This document shows, one piece after another, positions 26,950 through 37,995 of a DNA stretch of 64,000 bases (position 1 is its first letter; every line of letters starts with the position of its first letter). The translations under genes were made by a program, and so were the position numbers. The stretch is from Mytilus californianus. Its lineage: Eukaryota. The stretch covers positions 63,178,001-63,242,000 of the forward strand of contig NW_026262582.1 of the NCBI RefSeq assembly GCF_021869535.1. Reading direction: 5' to 3'. Below the pieces are notes generated by a model that had not been told where the DNA came from, ran no database searches, and saw nothing but the letters and a program-made list of their open reading frames with translations.

Positions 26950-27130
26950 TACTTTCATTTATAATAACGTAGCCTCGTTAATTTTCATATCTTCTCAGGC
27001 TTAATCGTCGTATTGATTGGTAAATGACAGTGTGTATAAAGTATTCTCTTGACTCTGTCTGTTGTATTTCGACGTCTCTGGAAGAGTTGTAGAAGTCATC
27101 ACTCCTACATCACATTTAAAACTCATACCG
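26950..27130 (-). pseudogene. Paralogue of the 39456-39637 block
   Basis: Shared TTCATxTCTTCTCAGxCTTAAT and CTGTCTGTTGTAxTTCG..CTCTGGAAGAGTT. Confidence 0.4.
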
Positions 27131-27219
27131 AAAGTTCACTAAATTAGTGATGATTGATATCATAATTAGCATTTTACCAGTATCTTCTTAAAGTAAAGGT
27201 GAATAAACTTAAATCATTA

Positions 27220-27650
27220 AAATAAGGAAATGTGGTGTGATTGCGAATGTGACAACTATCCACCAAAGACCAAATGACATAGAAGTTTACAACTATAGGT
27301 TACCGTACGGCCTTCAACAACGAGCAAAACCCATACCGCATAGTGAAGACTGTTGCCCTGAATCTAGCAAAATACCAAAGGACAATTTAATGTCACCGTA
27401 TTGACATAAACTATAAGCAGATCCTATACTACAAACGAAACTATCAAAGGCACAGGGATGAACAAAATGTGAAACAATTCAATATAAATAATCAACAGTC
27501 CAACTAGTACTACATAGATAAAAGAAAAAAATCAATTGTGACAGGCAGTAACCATCGATAACCACTGTAGTACAGATTCCTGACTTGAGGCAGGTACACA
27601 ATGACTGTGTTAGGGCCAAACGTGTTTGTGAACGCTCAACCATCCCTATC
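27220..27650 (+). mobile_element. Family B
   Basis: GGAAATGTGGTGTGATTGCGAATGTGACAAC..GTACGGCCTTCAACAAC. Confidence 0.7.
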
Positions 27651-27929
27651 TATTATCCGTCCATGTTTTCTTGCCATGGATTGTTTTAACAAAATGATTA
27701 TGATGGTTATCAACAGTTCGGCAAGGGAAAACCGCCTTTCAAAACAAATAAAGATAACCGGCTTCGAGATAATAACAGAATAAAAGAATTTTGTCACAAA
27801 AAGTGTCGATCAGAACAAATTATGCATGTATGATATCAAAAACGAATTATTTAAATCAGGCCAATATTGATTTTGAAGCAATGTCTAGATTGAAGAATTC
27901 GTTATAAGTTATAAATACGCATATCTTGG

Positions 27930-28170
27930 GATCGCTCAATTGCTTATCTCATATGCTCCATTGTTAATCTAAAGAGGTAAGGTTTTCATGGGGGATATGT
28001 GTCAATGTATTGTGGTTTCCTATTTGAATAGCATAAACTGATGCTGTCACCATTGTGATGGTCCCTCGAACTGGGAACGCTGTTTGTCATATTGGAGGAT
28101 ACAGTTCCCATACATGTATACGTAACTGGTATTACTTTGTCATTGTATTGACCCTTTACTACTAAAGAAT
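27930..28170 (-). pseudogene. Exon-like block homologous to 41530-41790
   Basis: Stop-free frame 28153-27989, GQYNDKVIPVTYTCMGTVSSNMTNSVPSSRDHHNGDSISLCYSNRKPQYIDTYPP, aligns in frame with ORF 41568-41780. Confidence 0.4.
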
Positions 28171-28282
28171 GGGTGAGTTAAAACTAATGGCAATTGATCA
28201 TTGGATTTTGTTATTTTTATTGTTAATTAAAGATTGATGATGATGATAACCCTGTAAAATGAAAAAAATTATCTAATAGATA

Positions 28283-28385
28283 CTTTGGCTTTCAAATATT
28301 CGGCTTTAAGCGTTCCTGTTGAAGGTAAATAAAACAAGCGCCTTGAACGAATGAAATTTATAACATGTTGTTTTCGTTTTTTGTA
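28283..28385 (+). mobile_element. Decayed fragment of the 56.3-kb hammerhead element family
   Basis: TGGCTTTCAAATATTCGGCTTTAAGCGTTCCTGTTGAAGGTAAAT matches 56455-56501; core mutated (CTGTTGA, GAAA lost). Confidence 0.65.
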
Positions 28386-29349
28386 GTATCTCCCAGTTTG
28401 AAATTTGACGATAGTCGATAGTCACGACAAAACCGTTGTATATCCTTATGCCACTATGTCATCTATAACAAAATTGCACGGAGTATGTGTATTTTGTTAT
28501 TCTAATGACTAATTATACGAATTGGAGGGTTGAGTAATAAACTCAAATTAACTAGGACAGAGAGGCAAAAGATACCAAGGGGACATTCAAACTCACAAGT
28601 CAAAAACAAACTGACAACGCCATGGTAAAAAAAGAAAAGGGCCCAAAATCCAAACAATAGTATACAAAACACACATAGAAAATAAAAGACTGAGTAACAC
28701 GAACCCCACCAAAAACCGCGTGTGATCTCAAGCGCTCTGAAAGGATAATTCAGGAACCTGCTTTTTGACGTAAAAAGAAACGTAAACTTTCCTGTACTTT
28801 AATGTTTCCTGTACTTTAGGGTGAGGGTTCAGTTTACGGTTAGGGTTGCGTGAGGGTTTGTTTTAGGTTAGAAGTTCAGAAATTGAAAAATAGTTCAATG
28901 GGAAGTTAGATAAAAATGAAACTGAAAAATTATGAAGAACGTAATAACTAAATACGCGATGAAATAGGAAATATAAAGGTAGTCTCCGCCAAATGCATCC
29001 ATTAACCGATTAACTACTAGTAGACATATAATTAGAAAAAAAACCCATTCATATTATATTAGATATTAGAGCGCCTATAAATAGCTGAGCGATTATCGTT
29101 AATTTCAGTTTAGTGATTACAAATCAATTATTTCATCAAGAATCAAAGTTAGGAACATCCCCAGTGGCTTTCCTTTTAGTTTTACATATCTCAATGTTCT
29201 TGTCCTTCAGGGAATTTGTTATTTTGATTCTGTTGCTTAATTGATGTTTTTGTTTGTTAAAGACAGTATGTTCACATATGTTCTGTGTTCTGTTGGATGT
29301 TATCTTTCACTCCAACACAAAACAATAAAGAAAAAAGTTTGAAAAAAGG

Positions 29350-29545
29350 AAAATAACACTTTATAAATTAAACGCGTCCGAAACGCTTTTCTTGATTTGC
29401 TTTCCCCAAGAACGCTCAAGGCTTAATGATTGAAAGCTAGGGATGTAAGAATTACGTGAAGAGTTATATGACCAATAGCGACCTTAAATAATTGCCACAT
29501 CCATCTAAGTAGACATTTGCGGAAACTACGTCTATACCTAGGATT
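29350..29545 (-). mobile_element. Decayed copy of the 56.3-kb hammerhead element family
   Basis: Reverse complement reads GAGCGTTC-TTGGGGA-AAGCAAATCAA-GAAAAGCGTTTCGGACGC, with upstream TTAGATGGAT..GGTCATATA..CTCTTCA like 56381-56430. Confidence 0.65.
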
Positions 29546-32500
29546 ACACTTAGACTTACGATTACAGTTTACGAAAAACAGGAGGTCATCTCAAAATTGG
29601 AAAGAAATGCAACAATAGAGATACCTAGTAAAACCAAAAGGTTTTTTAATCGATGTTTTAGTTGGATATGTCACCAAAAAAATTATTTCCCATAAATTTG
29701 TAACTTTTAATTCTTCGAAGGCGTGTTCGAGTTTTACCTTATAGTGTGTAATAAGTATATGTAATTTTTGGACTTCCTCTGCATATCCTGGGGTTTTCGA
29801 ACAATCTTTTGTCTTGTATAAGGTGTCAATACTGTATGACTGTTCAGATATATTTTTGTCTACCAAAACAGCAGAAAGTAATACGCATTCCCCGAAACAA
29901 AGTACTTCCCTTTTTGTTATAGTTTCAAAAGTGTGTCTAAACTTATTTTAGTATAGCAAAATCAGCAAAAATTCGTTCAGAGGATACACTACAAACGGTG
30001 CACTTGAAAATAAGGGAAAATGCGATAAGCAAATGACACAATATAATTATTAAGCCCGCCGTAGCACTGATATACCTTTGCACCTTTTATTCATTTTAAT
30101 CAACGGAATATTTTACATTTCAACAGAGTCTTTTGAGTAGTTTAAACTATATATTCGACACAAACGATGTAATATTTTTTGCGTATATTTTTTTTGTATC
30201 AAAAAGGTAAACAAAAGTGTTTCCAATTCAGAAAAAAAATAAAAGTTAATAAAAATATACCGAACGTATAATGTCATAGAAAATAAATAGTTCTTTAGCA
30301 CCCAACCTCTGTATCACCTCATTTTCTTAAAAACAAATATGCAAACTATATGTCTTAGCATAAACATTAAATATTGTCAACATGCTCCATAGTTGGTCGC
30401 CTTTTCTTTACACTAAGTCTTGTTGAAATTAATTTCAATCTAGCCAACGAGAATACGATTTTTATTTATTTCTCATGTAAAATTCATTAAATGCTATTTG
30501 TCCATTCTATCATACTCCGTACATTAACAGCATGTTGAACCTGGATAACACCATGTACAATAATTTATGTTGACTTATTATTAAAAACCTTGTTGTTCAA
30601 CTATAGAAAAACATCTTAGGAGTTAGAATTTGTTTTGGAACGACGGTTTATATTTACGCTTTGAGACAACCAAAGATTTAAATGCTACTGAAAGTATAAT
30701 TGTAATCATAATCGTAGGTGTATGACAGTTTCCGCAAATGTCTATTAATGTAGGTGATATAAGTATTGTATATGAAGATTTGTGGTTTTGATTCAACAGT
30801 GTATATAAAGTGCGGATCCTGAAACACCATTTTCACTGTATATACCATACATTTATAATGTAGAATGATAAATAAACATTTATGATTTTGGAATAAAATA
30901 ATAAATAATATATTGAATGGATTGTTTTAACAAACTTGTGATATAGATAAGAGATGCAGACGGGTTTATATAGCACATACAACGATCAAGGTGTAAAATC
31001 GTTCCACAAATAAGTAAATATTAAGAATATGTCACGAACAGAGCGGGAATGTGATTTTAATGCAGCAGTAAAGTTTTATTTTCAGTACATAATCATTAAT
31101 TTTGTATAACTTTTAACAGGTTTTGTTATTCAGTTTGGTGATATTGAGTTAAATTCCACTATGCTGCTTTCGTTATGCGATTCATGTTTACTGTCGAATA
31201 ATAATGCAATACTTTCATTTTCACTGTAGGGGCGATTCATTTATATTGTATATGCGGTGCATTTTAATAGTAAGAATCCTTATCATTTTCATTAATTAGA
31301 GTGTTAATTCAGCCGACTCACTGACAAACTAAATAAGGTCAAAAGGATTTGATAATGCTTACTTTGTGAGTGAAAGTCTAACGAATTACAAAAATTAATT
31401 CCATAAAAACAAGAGCATTTATTGCTAGAATATTCAATATTATTTTTTTTATAATTCATCAGGATATACATGAAGGGTTATATTTATCCATTCCATTAAT
31501 AGTTAATCATTTGATACATATACCTTAAACATTTAAGCACATTAACAGCCATCAAAAACTGATGCTTAAGTTTTGAGTTTCGGTCTATATTTAGTGTACT
31601 ATACATCACATACGTATATACTAATGAAACGTCATTAATTAATGCATCTTGGATAATGAAGAGCGTTCACACAACGACCTACATTTTACGCCTGAGTGAC
31701 TAGTTACGTTTTCACTTTAGTTTATGTTTAAATCTAAGGAGCTATCCATCAAGTATCGATGCAACTTCATCAGTGTGCATATCTTGGACTTAAAAAGAAT
31801 TCGCAATTTTGAAATTACAATGACATATTGAGAACAGTTTAGTGTTACAAGTTTTAATGTTTCTATATCACTGTTATCTCCACCGTACAGTTGATTTCGG
31901 ACGTTGTTGTGTCATGAAGCGAAGTTTGTAGATAGAACGTTGAAACATTTTTCTTCATAGACTTATAGTCGTAACAGTAGGTATAACATGTTTAGGAAAA
32001 CAAAGTTTACTGCTTCCTGACATAATTGTTTATTTCTTTTAAACATGAACACCCATTATTAATTTAAACAACAACAAAAATCATTAAATACACGGTCACA
32101 TTTAGTTTTCGAGTCAACATACCATGTTTTTATTAATAGTTAATTCAAGTTTGTGTCACAGAGAAATTGTTTTCGCGTTGTTTACAAGTAATTTATACAC
32201 ACGTCTATTCAAAATAGTCACAACGAATGAGAAACCCGTTGTTATATATCATTTATACATGTTTACAGACCAAACTCTGAATTTCGCCATGTTTCGCTGT
32301 CTTTATAATTTTTTTGCTTAGGACCGTTCATTGCAAATCCTTGTACTGTTGTGCATTTTGACAACTCAAAGCCGATCCATATGTTAAAAATATGTATATA
32401 ACATAATAATACTGCTTGACAACTTTTAACGCTTGTTTAGTCAAGTACTACAACTTTTAAAAGAAAATTTGCACTCATGGATTTTCTACTCCCAAATATT

Positions 32501-34226
32501 TTCGAATCCCTCGCACACTAATAGCAAACTAAGGACGATGGGTCGCATATCATCACGACCTCCGTGTGACCTTTACCTCAAAAGTTATTTTTGCGAAATT
32601 TCTCTGAAACTGGATTGCAATCAGGTGTTTTCGATGAGTGGGATCCAATTAATCCCACATTAAATATAAAAAAACATCAGGTGCTTTAATTTTCAATATG
32701 AAATGTAAGAAATGTCAAATAGTTAAGTCGTTACAAAAAAATATAAGATGGGTATTTCAAAGGAGACAACATATTTTCTTTTCGTTATTTTTAGCAACGA
32801 AGGGTACAGTACTGTTACAAAAACGCGCAACGAACGGTACAGTATAAACAATTTCATAAACTAATGACTTTTTTTTTTTATAGAAAATCATTATGATTAC
32901 AATGAACTAGGTATGTGGGGTATATTCTGGGGGAGATACGCTCACTAACCTGCACATATATCAGTTATTATTTAAGGCTTTTAAACATGTTTAATGTTTG
33001 CATTGTTGAAGCATTTTTAAGCGAGTTTTTGTGACAAAGGTTTGTAAACAAATGTGCGTTTATCATTCAGTAAGCACAGTTCGAGATAAAATTCGAATTC
33101 TTTAATTAATATTGATGACATAACATGTATACAACGTGTATAATATATTTTTGTATACGAACTGTGTACTTACATGACATAACTCAGAAAATTTTGATAT
33201 CATATATCGGCTTCTCTCAGCTTGTTCTTTATCGCTTAAAACGCACAACATCCGCGATCAATTGTACGGTTGTTGAGCATGTACGATAAGTTTGGATTTT
33301 AAAATTGTAAATATCATCAATATTTAATTCATCAAATGAATATTGTCAGTTTTTGCATTGTCCAATTATTACATAAAACCACAATAAAAATCTATCGCAC
33401 CTAAATAAATTCAACATCTGAAATGATCGCACCAAATGTCAAAATTAATCACTTTCAATAACTCTATTCTAGATTATGTTGCTTTAATTTTATATATTTG
33501 GACTTTTATCATATCATTGTTAATTGTAAAATCATATTCTTATGAAATTGTGTTAAAAATACATTCAAATCAATTATTTTGAATTTTCAAAACGTAAACC
33601 AACACAATTTTCCCCATCATCCTTTATTCTACAATAGTAATATTCGCATATGAGAGTGAAAATGAACTATCTGGATTCGCTCTTGATATACACTGGTTCA
33701 ATCTATATATATTTCAAAATCTTTTGCGGGCACAATTTCAGACCATCAATCGCAGTAATGAGGCCTTCCAATTAATGGCGTTATTCGATCAAAACGAACA
33801 TAACCAAACTGTTGAATTGGAATTAAAAATATGTCTATTACAATCATGCAATAATTATAATCATTATTTGACATTGCTCAACGTACTATTGATAATGTGA
33901 ACAACAGTATTCAATAACAAATCTTGATAATACATTAGCTACGTCGGATAAAACTCGACCTTACGCAAGTGAAACTACACATGTACATGTATAAGACATG
34001 AATAAGATTGCGTTTGGAACATTCAAATGCGAAATAAAGGCTGAATTTTGGTCTGTTTTAGGATTCTTATAACAACTCAATTTTCAATCAGTTACAGACT
34101 TTTCTAAGAGATTTTTTTCCTACCCAAAATAGGTTAACAGATGTATTCATATTCATTTGTAAAAGGTCGATTTCTATCCAACGCAGCTCAGTCTTGTCTA
34201 TTAACACTGGTTTTAACAATCCACAA

Positions 34227-34421
34227 GGGGTCTCGGTGGACGAGTGGTCTAAGTAGTTACGAGTCCAATCTTAATTGACTAGGATTGTCAGTTTTCCTAT
34301 CGAAGGTCAGTGGTTTTCTCCGGGCACTCCGGCTTCCTCCACCAATATTAACTGGCCGCCACGAAATAGCCCAAAAGCGGTGCTTAAAAGTGGCGTTGAA
34401 ACACCAAAAATCAAATCAATC
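34227..34421 (+). mobile_element. tRNA-derived SINE (V-domain-like core), internally deleted, with 12-bp TSD
   Basis: A-box-like head GGGGTCTCGGTGGACGAGTGGTCTAAG, core GGTTTTCTCCGGGCACTCCGGCTTCCTCCAC, (AAATC)n tail; AACAATCCACAA at 34215-34226 and 34422-34433. Confidence 0.85.
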
Positions 34422-34528
34422 AACAATCCACAATAACAGACAGGTGAGAATTTCATAGGTACAATGTTCCAGTGAAAAATTGCATCATTGAAAGTAAGAC
34501 TCAATAGTATCAAGTCTGATATGGAAAA

Positions 34529-34668
34529 TTATATATATATATATATATTTATATAATAAGTACGTCTGAAGGAATGACGACTCTACCACAGATTTTATCC
34601 ATCGGATCACCAGTGATGGTGATACAAGGCTGAAAACACATCCTGTATATATATATATAAATATATAC
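34529..34668. repeat. Two (TA)n tracts (34529-34552, 34646-34668) enclosing a about 90-bp non-TA segment
   Basis: Read directly; a third (TA)n lies at 37409-37434. Confidence 0.85.
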
Positions 34669-35016
34669 AAGTCTAAATTGAAAACAACGTTCAAACCTAT
34701 GATTGCGTAGGATAAAAACCGCAATTTTTATACGTGTGCATGCAAAACAAATTTCTTGGTAGAGTGGTCTAAATACAGCACAAACAACATTTTCCAAAAG
34801 ACCAAAAAAGTGAAAAAGTATATTTTAACAAAACGCATATGACTAGCAGGTCGAACAACGGATGTTCTTAAACCCTGCTGACTGCCATGGCGATTGCCAA
34901 ATAAACGGATTACCAGATGTAAAAAATGGATCTTAATTATTAATTTAATACCAAACAGAAAACAATAAACTTACGGAAAAGATGGTATACCGCAAACATG
35001 AGGTGCAAAAATTTGT

Positions 35017-35060
35017 ACACCATATCTGGATTTCGACAATTAATGTCTCTTCAGTGATGT
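35017..35060 (-). ncRNA. Type I hammerhead ribozyme, unit 1 (helix III variant AUCCAGAU)
   Basis: Minus RNA: ACAUCA-CUGAAGA-GACAUUAAUUGUC-GAA-AUCCAGAU-A-UGGUGU. Core intact; the helix III palindrome has a central mismatch. Confidence 0.8.
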
Positions 35061-35553
35061 TAGGAATCGAAACGGTATTTGGAAAGCCATATAATTTACC
35101 TCAATTTTGGATTGACTCTTGAATTTTGAAGAGTCGAAATAAGATGAACGGATCATATAAACCCGAAGGCAAATATAATACAAGCCCAAACGAAAAAATA
35201 TAAACATGTCTAAATTGAAAACAACGTTCAAACCTATGATTGCGTTGGATAAAAACCGCAATTTTTATACGTGTGCATGCAAAACAAATTTCTTGGTAGA
35301 GTGGTCTAAATACAGCACAAACAACATTTTCCAAAAGACCAAAAAAGTGAAAAAGTATATTTTAACAAAACGCATTTGACTAGCAGGTCGAACAACGGAT
35401 GTTCTTAAACCCTGCTGACTGCCATGGCGATTGCCAAATAAACGGATTACCAGATGTAAAAAATGGATCTTAATTATTAATTTAATACCAAACAGAAAAC
35501 AATAAACTTGCGGAAAAGATGGTATACCGCAAACATGAGGTGCAAAAATTTGT

Positions 35554-35597
35554 ACACCATATCCGGATTTCGACAATTAATGTCTCTTCAGTGATGT
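35554..35597 (-). ncRNA. Type I hammerhead ribozyme, unit 2 (intact)
   Basis: ACAUCA-CUGAAGA-GACA(UUAAU)UGUC-GAA-AUCCGGAU-A/UGGUGU: 6-bp helix I, 4-bp helix II, perfect 8-nt palindromic helix III, AUA cleavage triplet. Confidence 0.9.
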
Positions 35598-36090
35598 TAG
35601 GAATCGAAACGGTATTTGGAAGGCCATATAATTTACCTCAATTTGGGATTGACTCTTGAATTTTGAAGAGTCGAAATAAGATGAACGGATCATATAAACC
35701 CGAAGGCAAATATAATACAAGCCCAAACGAAAAAATATAAACAAGTCTAAATTGAAAACAACCTTCAAACCTATGATTGCGTTGGATAAAAACCGCAATT
35801 TTTATACGTGTGCATGCAAAACAAATTTCTTGGTAGAGTGGTCTAAATACAGCACAAACAACATTTTCCAAAAGACCAAAAAAGTGAAAAAGTATATTTT
35901 AACAAAACGCATTTGACTAGCAGGTCGAACAACGGATGTTCTTAAACCCTGCTGACTGCTATGGCGATTGCCAAATAAACGGATTACCAGATGTAAAAAA
36001 TGGATCTTAATTATTAATTTAATACCAAACAGAAAACAATAAACTTGCGGAAAAGATGGTATACCGCAAACATGAGGTGCAGAAATTTGT

Positions 36091-36134
36091 ACACCATATC
36101 CGGATTTCGACAATTAATGTCTCTTCAGTGATGT
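36091..36134 (-). ncRNA. Type I hammerhead ribozyme, unit 3 (intact)
   Basis: Identical to the unit 2 motif. Confidence 0.9.
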
Positions 36135-36627
36135 TAGGAATCGAAACGGTATTTGGAAGGCCGTATAATTTACCTCAATTTGGGATTGACTCTTGAATTT
36201 TGAAGAGTCGAAATAAGATGAACGGATCATATAAACCCGAAGGCAAATATAATACAAGCCCAAACGAAAAAATATAAGCAAGTCTAAATTGAAAACAACG
36301 TTCAAACCTATGATTGCGTTGGATAAAAACCGCAATTTTTATACGTGTGCATGCAAAACAAATTTCTTGGTAGAGTGGTCTAAATACAGCACAAACAACA
36401 TTTTCCAAAAGACCAAAAAAGTGAAAAAGTATATTTTAACAAAACGCATTTGACTAGCAGGTCGAACAACGGATGTTCTTAAACCCTGCTGACTGCCATG
36501 GCGATTACCAAATAAACGGATTACCAGATGTAAAAAATGGATCTTAATTATTAATTTAATACCAAACAGAAAACAATAAACTTGCGGAAAAGATGGTATA
36601 CCGCAAACATGAGGTGCAAAAATTTGT

Positions 36628-36671
36628 ACACCATATCCGGATTTCGACAATTAATGTCTCCTCAGTGATGT
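36628..36671 (-). ncRNA. Type I hammerhead ribozyme, unit 4 (CUGAGGA)
   Basis: As unit 2, but the core reads CUGAGGA; the change is at the freely variable N7 position of CUGANGA. Confidence 0.88.
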
Positions 36672-37164
36672 TAGGAATCGAAACGGTATTTGGAAGGCCA
36701 TATAATTTACCTCAATTTGGGATTGACTCTTGAATTTTGAAGAGTCGAAATAAGATGAACGGATCATATAAACCCGAAGGCAAATATAATACAAGCCCAA
36801 ACGAAAAAATATAAACAAGTCTAAATTGAAAAGAACGTTCAAACCTATGATTGCGTTGGATAAAAACCGCAATTTTTATACATGTGCATGCAAAACTAAT
36901 TTCCTAGAAGAGTGGTCTAAATACAGCACACACAACATTTTCCAAAAGACCAAAAAAGTGAAAAAGTATATTTTAACAAAACGCATTTGACTAGCAGGTC
37001 GAACAACGGATGTTCTTAAACCCTGCTGACTGCCATGGCGATTGCCAAATAAACGGATTACCAGATGTAAAAAATGGATCTTAATTATTAATTTAATACC
37101 AAACAGAAAACAATAAACTAACGGAAAAGATGGTATACCGCAAACATGAGGTGCAAAAATTTGT

Positions 37165-37208
37165 ACACCATATCTGGATTTCGACAATTAATGTCTCTTC
37201 AGTGATGT
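37165..37208 (-). ncRNA. Type I hammerhead ribozyme, unit 5 (helix III variant AUCCAGAU)
   Basis: Same helix III variant as unit 1; core intact. Confidence 0.8.
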
Positions 37209-37440
37209 TAGGAATCGAAACGGTATTTGAAAAGCCATATAATTTACCTCAATTTGGGATTGACTCTTGAATTTTGAAGAGTCGAAATAAGATGAACGGA
37301 TCATATAAACCCGAAGGCAAATATAATACAAGCCCAAACGAAAAAATATAAACATGTCTAAATTGAAAACAACGTTCAAACCTATGATTGCGTTGGATAA
37401 AAACCGCAAATATATATATATATATATATATATAAAGCAT

Positions 37441-37575
37441 GATTGGTTGATTGGTGTTTAACGCCACTTCCAGCACTATAATGTCTTTTCGTGGTGGGCA
37501 GATTTTATTGGTGGAAGAAGCCGGAGTGCCAGGAAAGAACCACCGATTTTCGGTAAGAAAAGTGACTATCTAAGA
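37441..37575 (-). mobile_element. 3' part of a related V-type SINE
   Basis: Reverse complement contains GGTGGTTCTTTCCTGGCACTCCGGCTTCTTCCACC..AAGTGGCGTTAAACACCAATCAACCAATC. Confidence 0.75.
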
Positions 37576-37995
37576 TTGACCTACCACTACCATCAAGGCC
37601 CCCTATATATACAGGAGATGTGGGGTATACCAATGAGGCAGAACACTAACAAGAACCTGAACAGACATCTAGAGGTGAATCAAAGGTCCTAATCAAAAAC
37701 AACAATAACAAAACTGAGTCTCATTTAGACAGTTGTAAAAAATAAAGGTGTTCATTATCTTTGATTTTATAAAGATTAAACTGAAGTATATAACTAAGAG
37801 TATTTGCTAAAAAAGCATCAATGAAACTTCAAAAATAGTTTCTGATTCCCCGTGTGAAAGGTTTATATACTCTATGAAAAACCTATATTTAATTAATTTG
37901 ATTTTTGTTAGTTTTAGCATGGAACCTTAATAGCTGTTGAAATATATCAGAAAAGTAAACATACAGGACACAAAACCTTTGGTTATGTGGTTTAA

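Larger units (their letters stand above)
34671..37408 (-). repeat. 537-bp tandem array (5 full units + 53-bp partial) carrying hammerhead ribozymes; retrozyme/Penelope-like repeat
   Basis: GTCTAAATTGAAAA recurs at 34671, 35208, 35745, 36282, 36819 and 37356 (exact 537 spacing). Units are near-identical, both ends abut (TA)n, and each unit has a hammerhead on the minus strand. Confidence 0.95.

Noticed and set aside
28800-28870. Telomere-like TTAGGG motifs (also 42905-42990)
   Set aside because: The motifs are scattered and degenerate, and are part of the segmental duplication rather than a telomeric array.
29591-29866. 91-aa minus ORF that looks protein-like (possible transposase fragment)
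   Set aside because: No catalytic motif, splice sites or paralogue that I can support. A competing plus-strand frame (EVISKLERN..) is equally plausible.
34227-34260. tRNA gene
   Set aside because: Only an A-box-like head is present; there is no cloverleaf and it continues into a SINE body with a TSD. The same applies to 11430-11490 and 53510-53565.
34671-37408. CRISPR array or ordinary satellite interpretation
   Set aside because: There are no unique spacers and the context is eukaryotic; the intact ribozyme fits a retrozyme-type repeat better.
34485-37476. Repeated 73, 77 and 103-aa ORFs in the 537-bp array
   Set aside because: They are overlapping frames with F/I/L-rich composition typical of T-rich strands and no RT or GIY-YIG motif. 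They recur only because the DNA is tandem.
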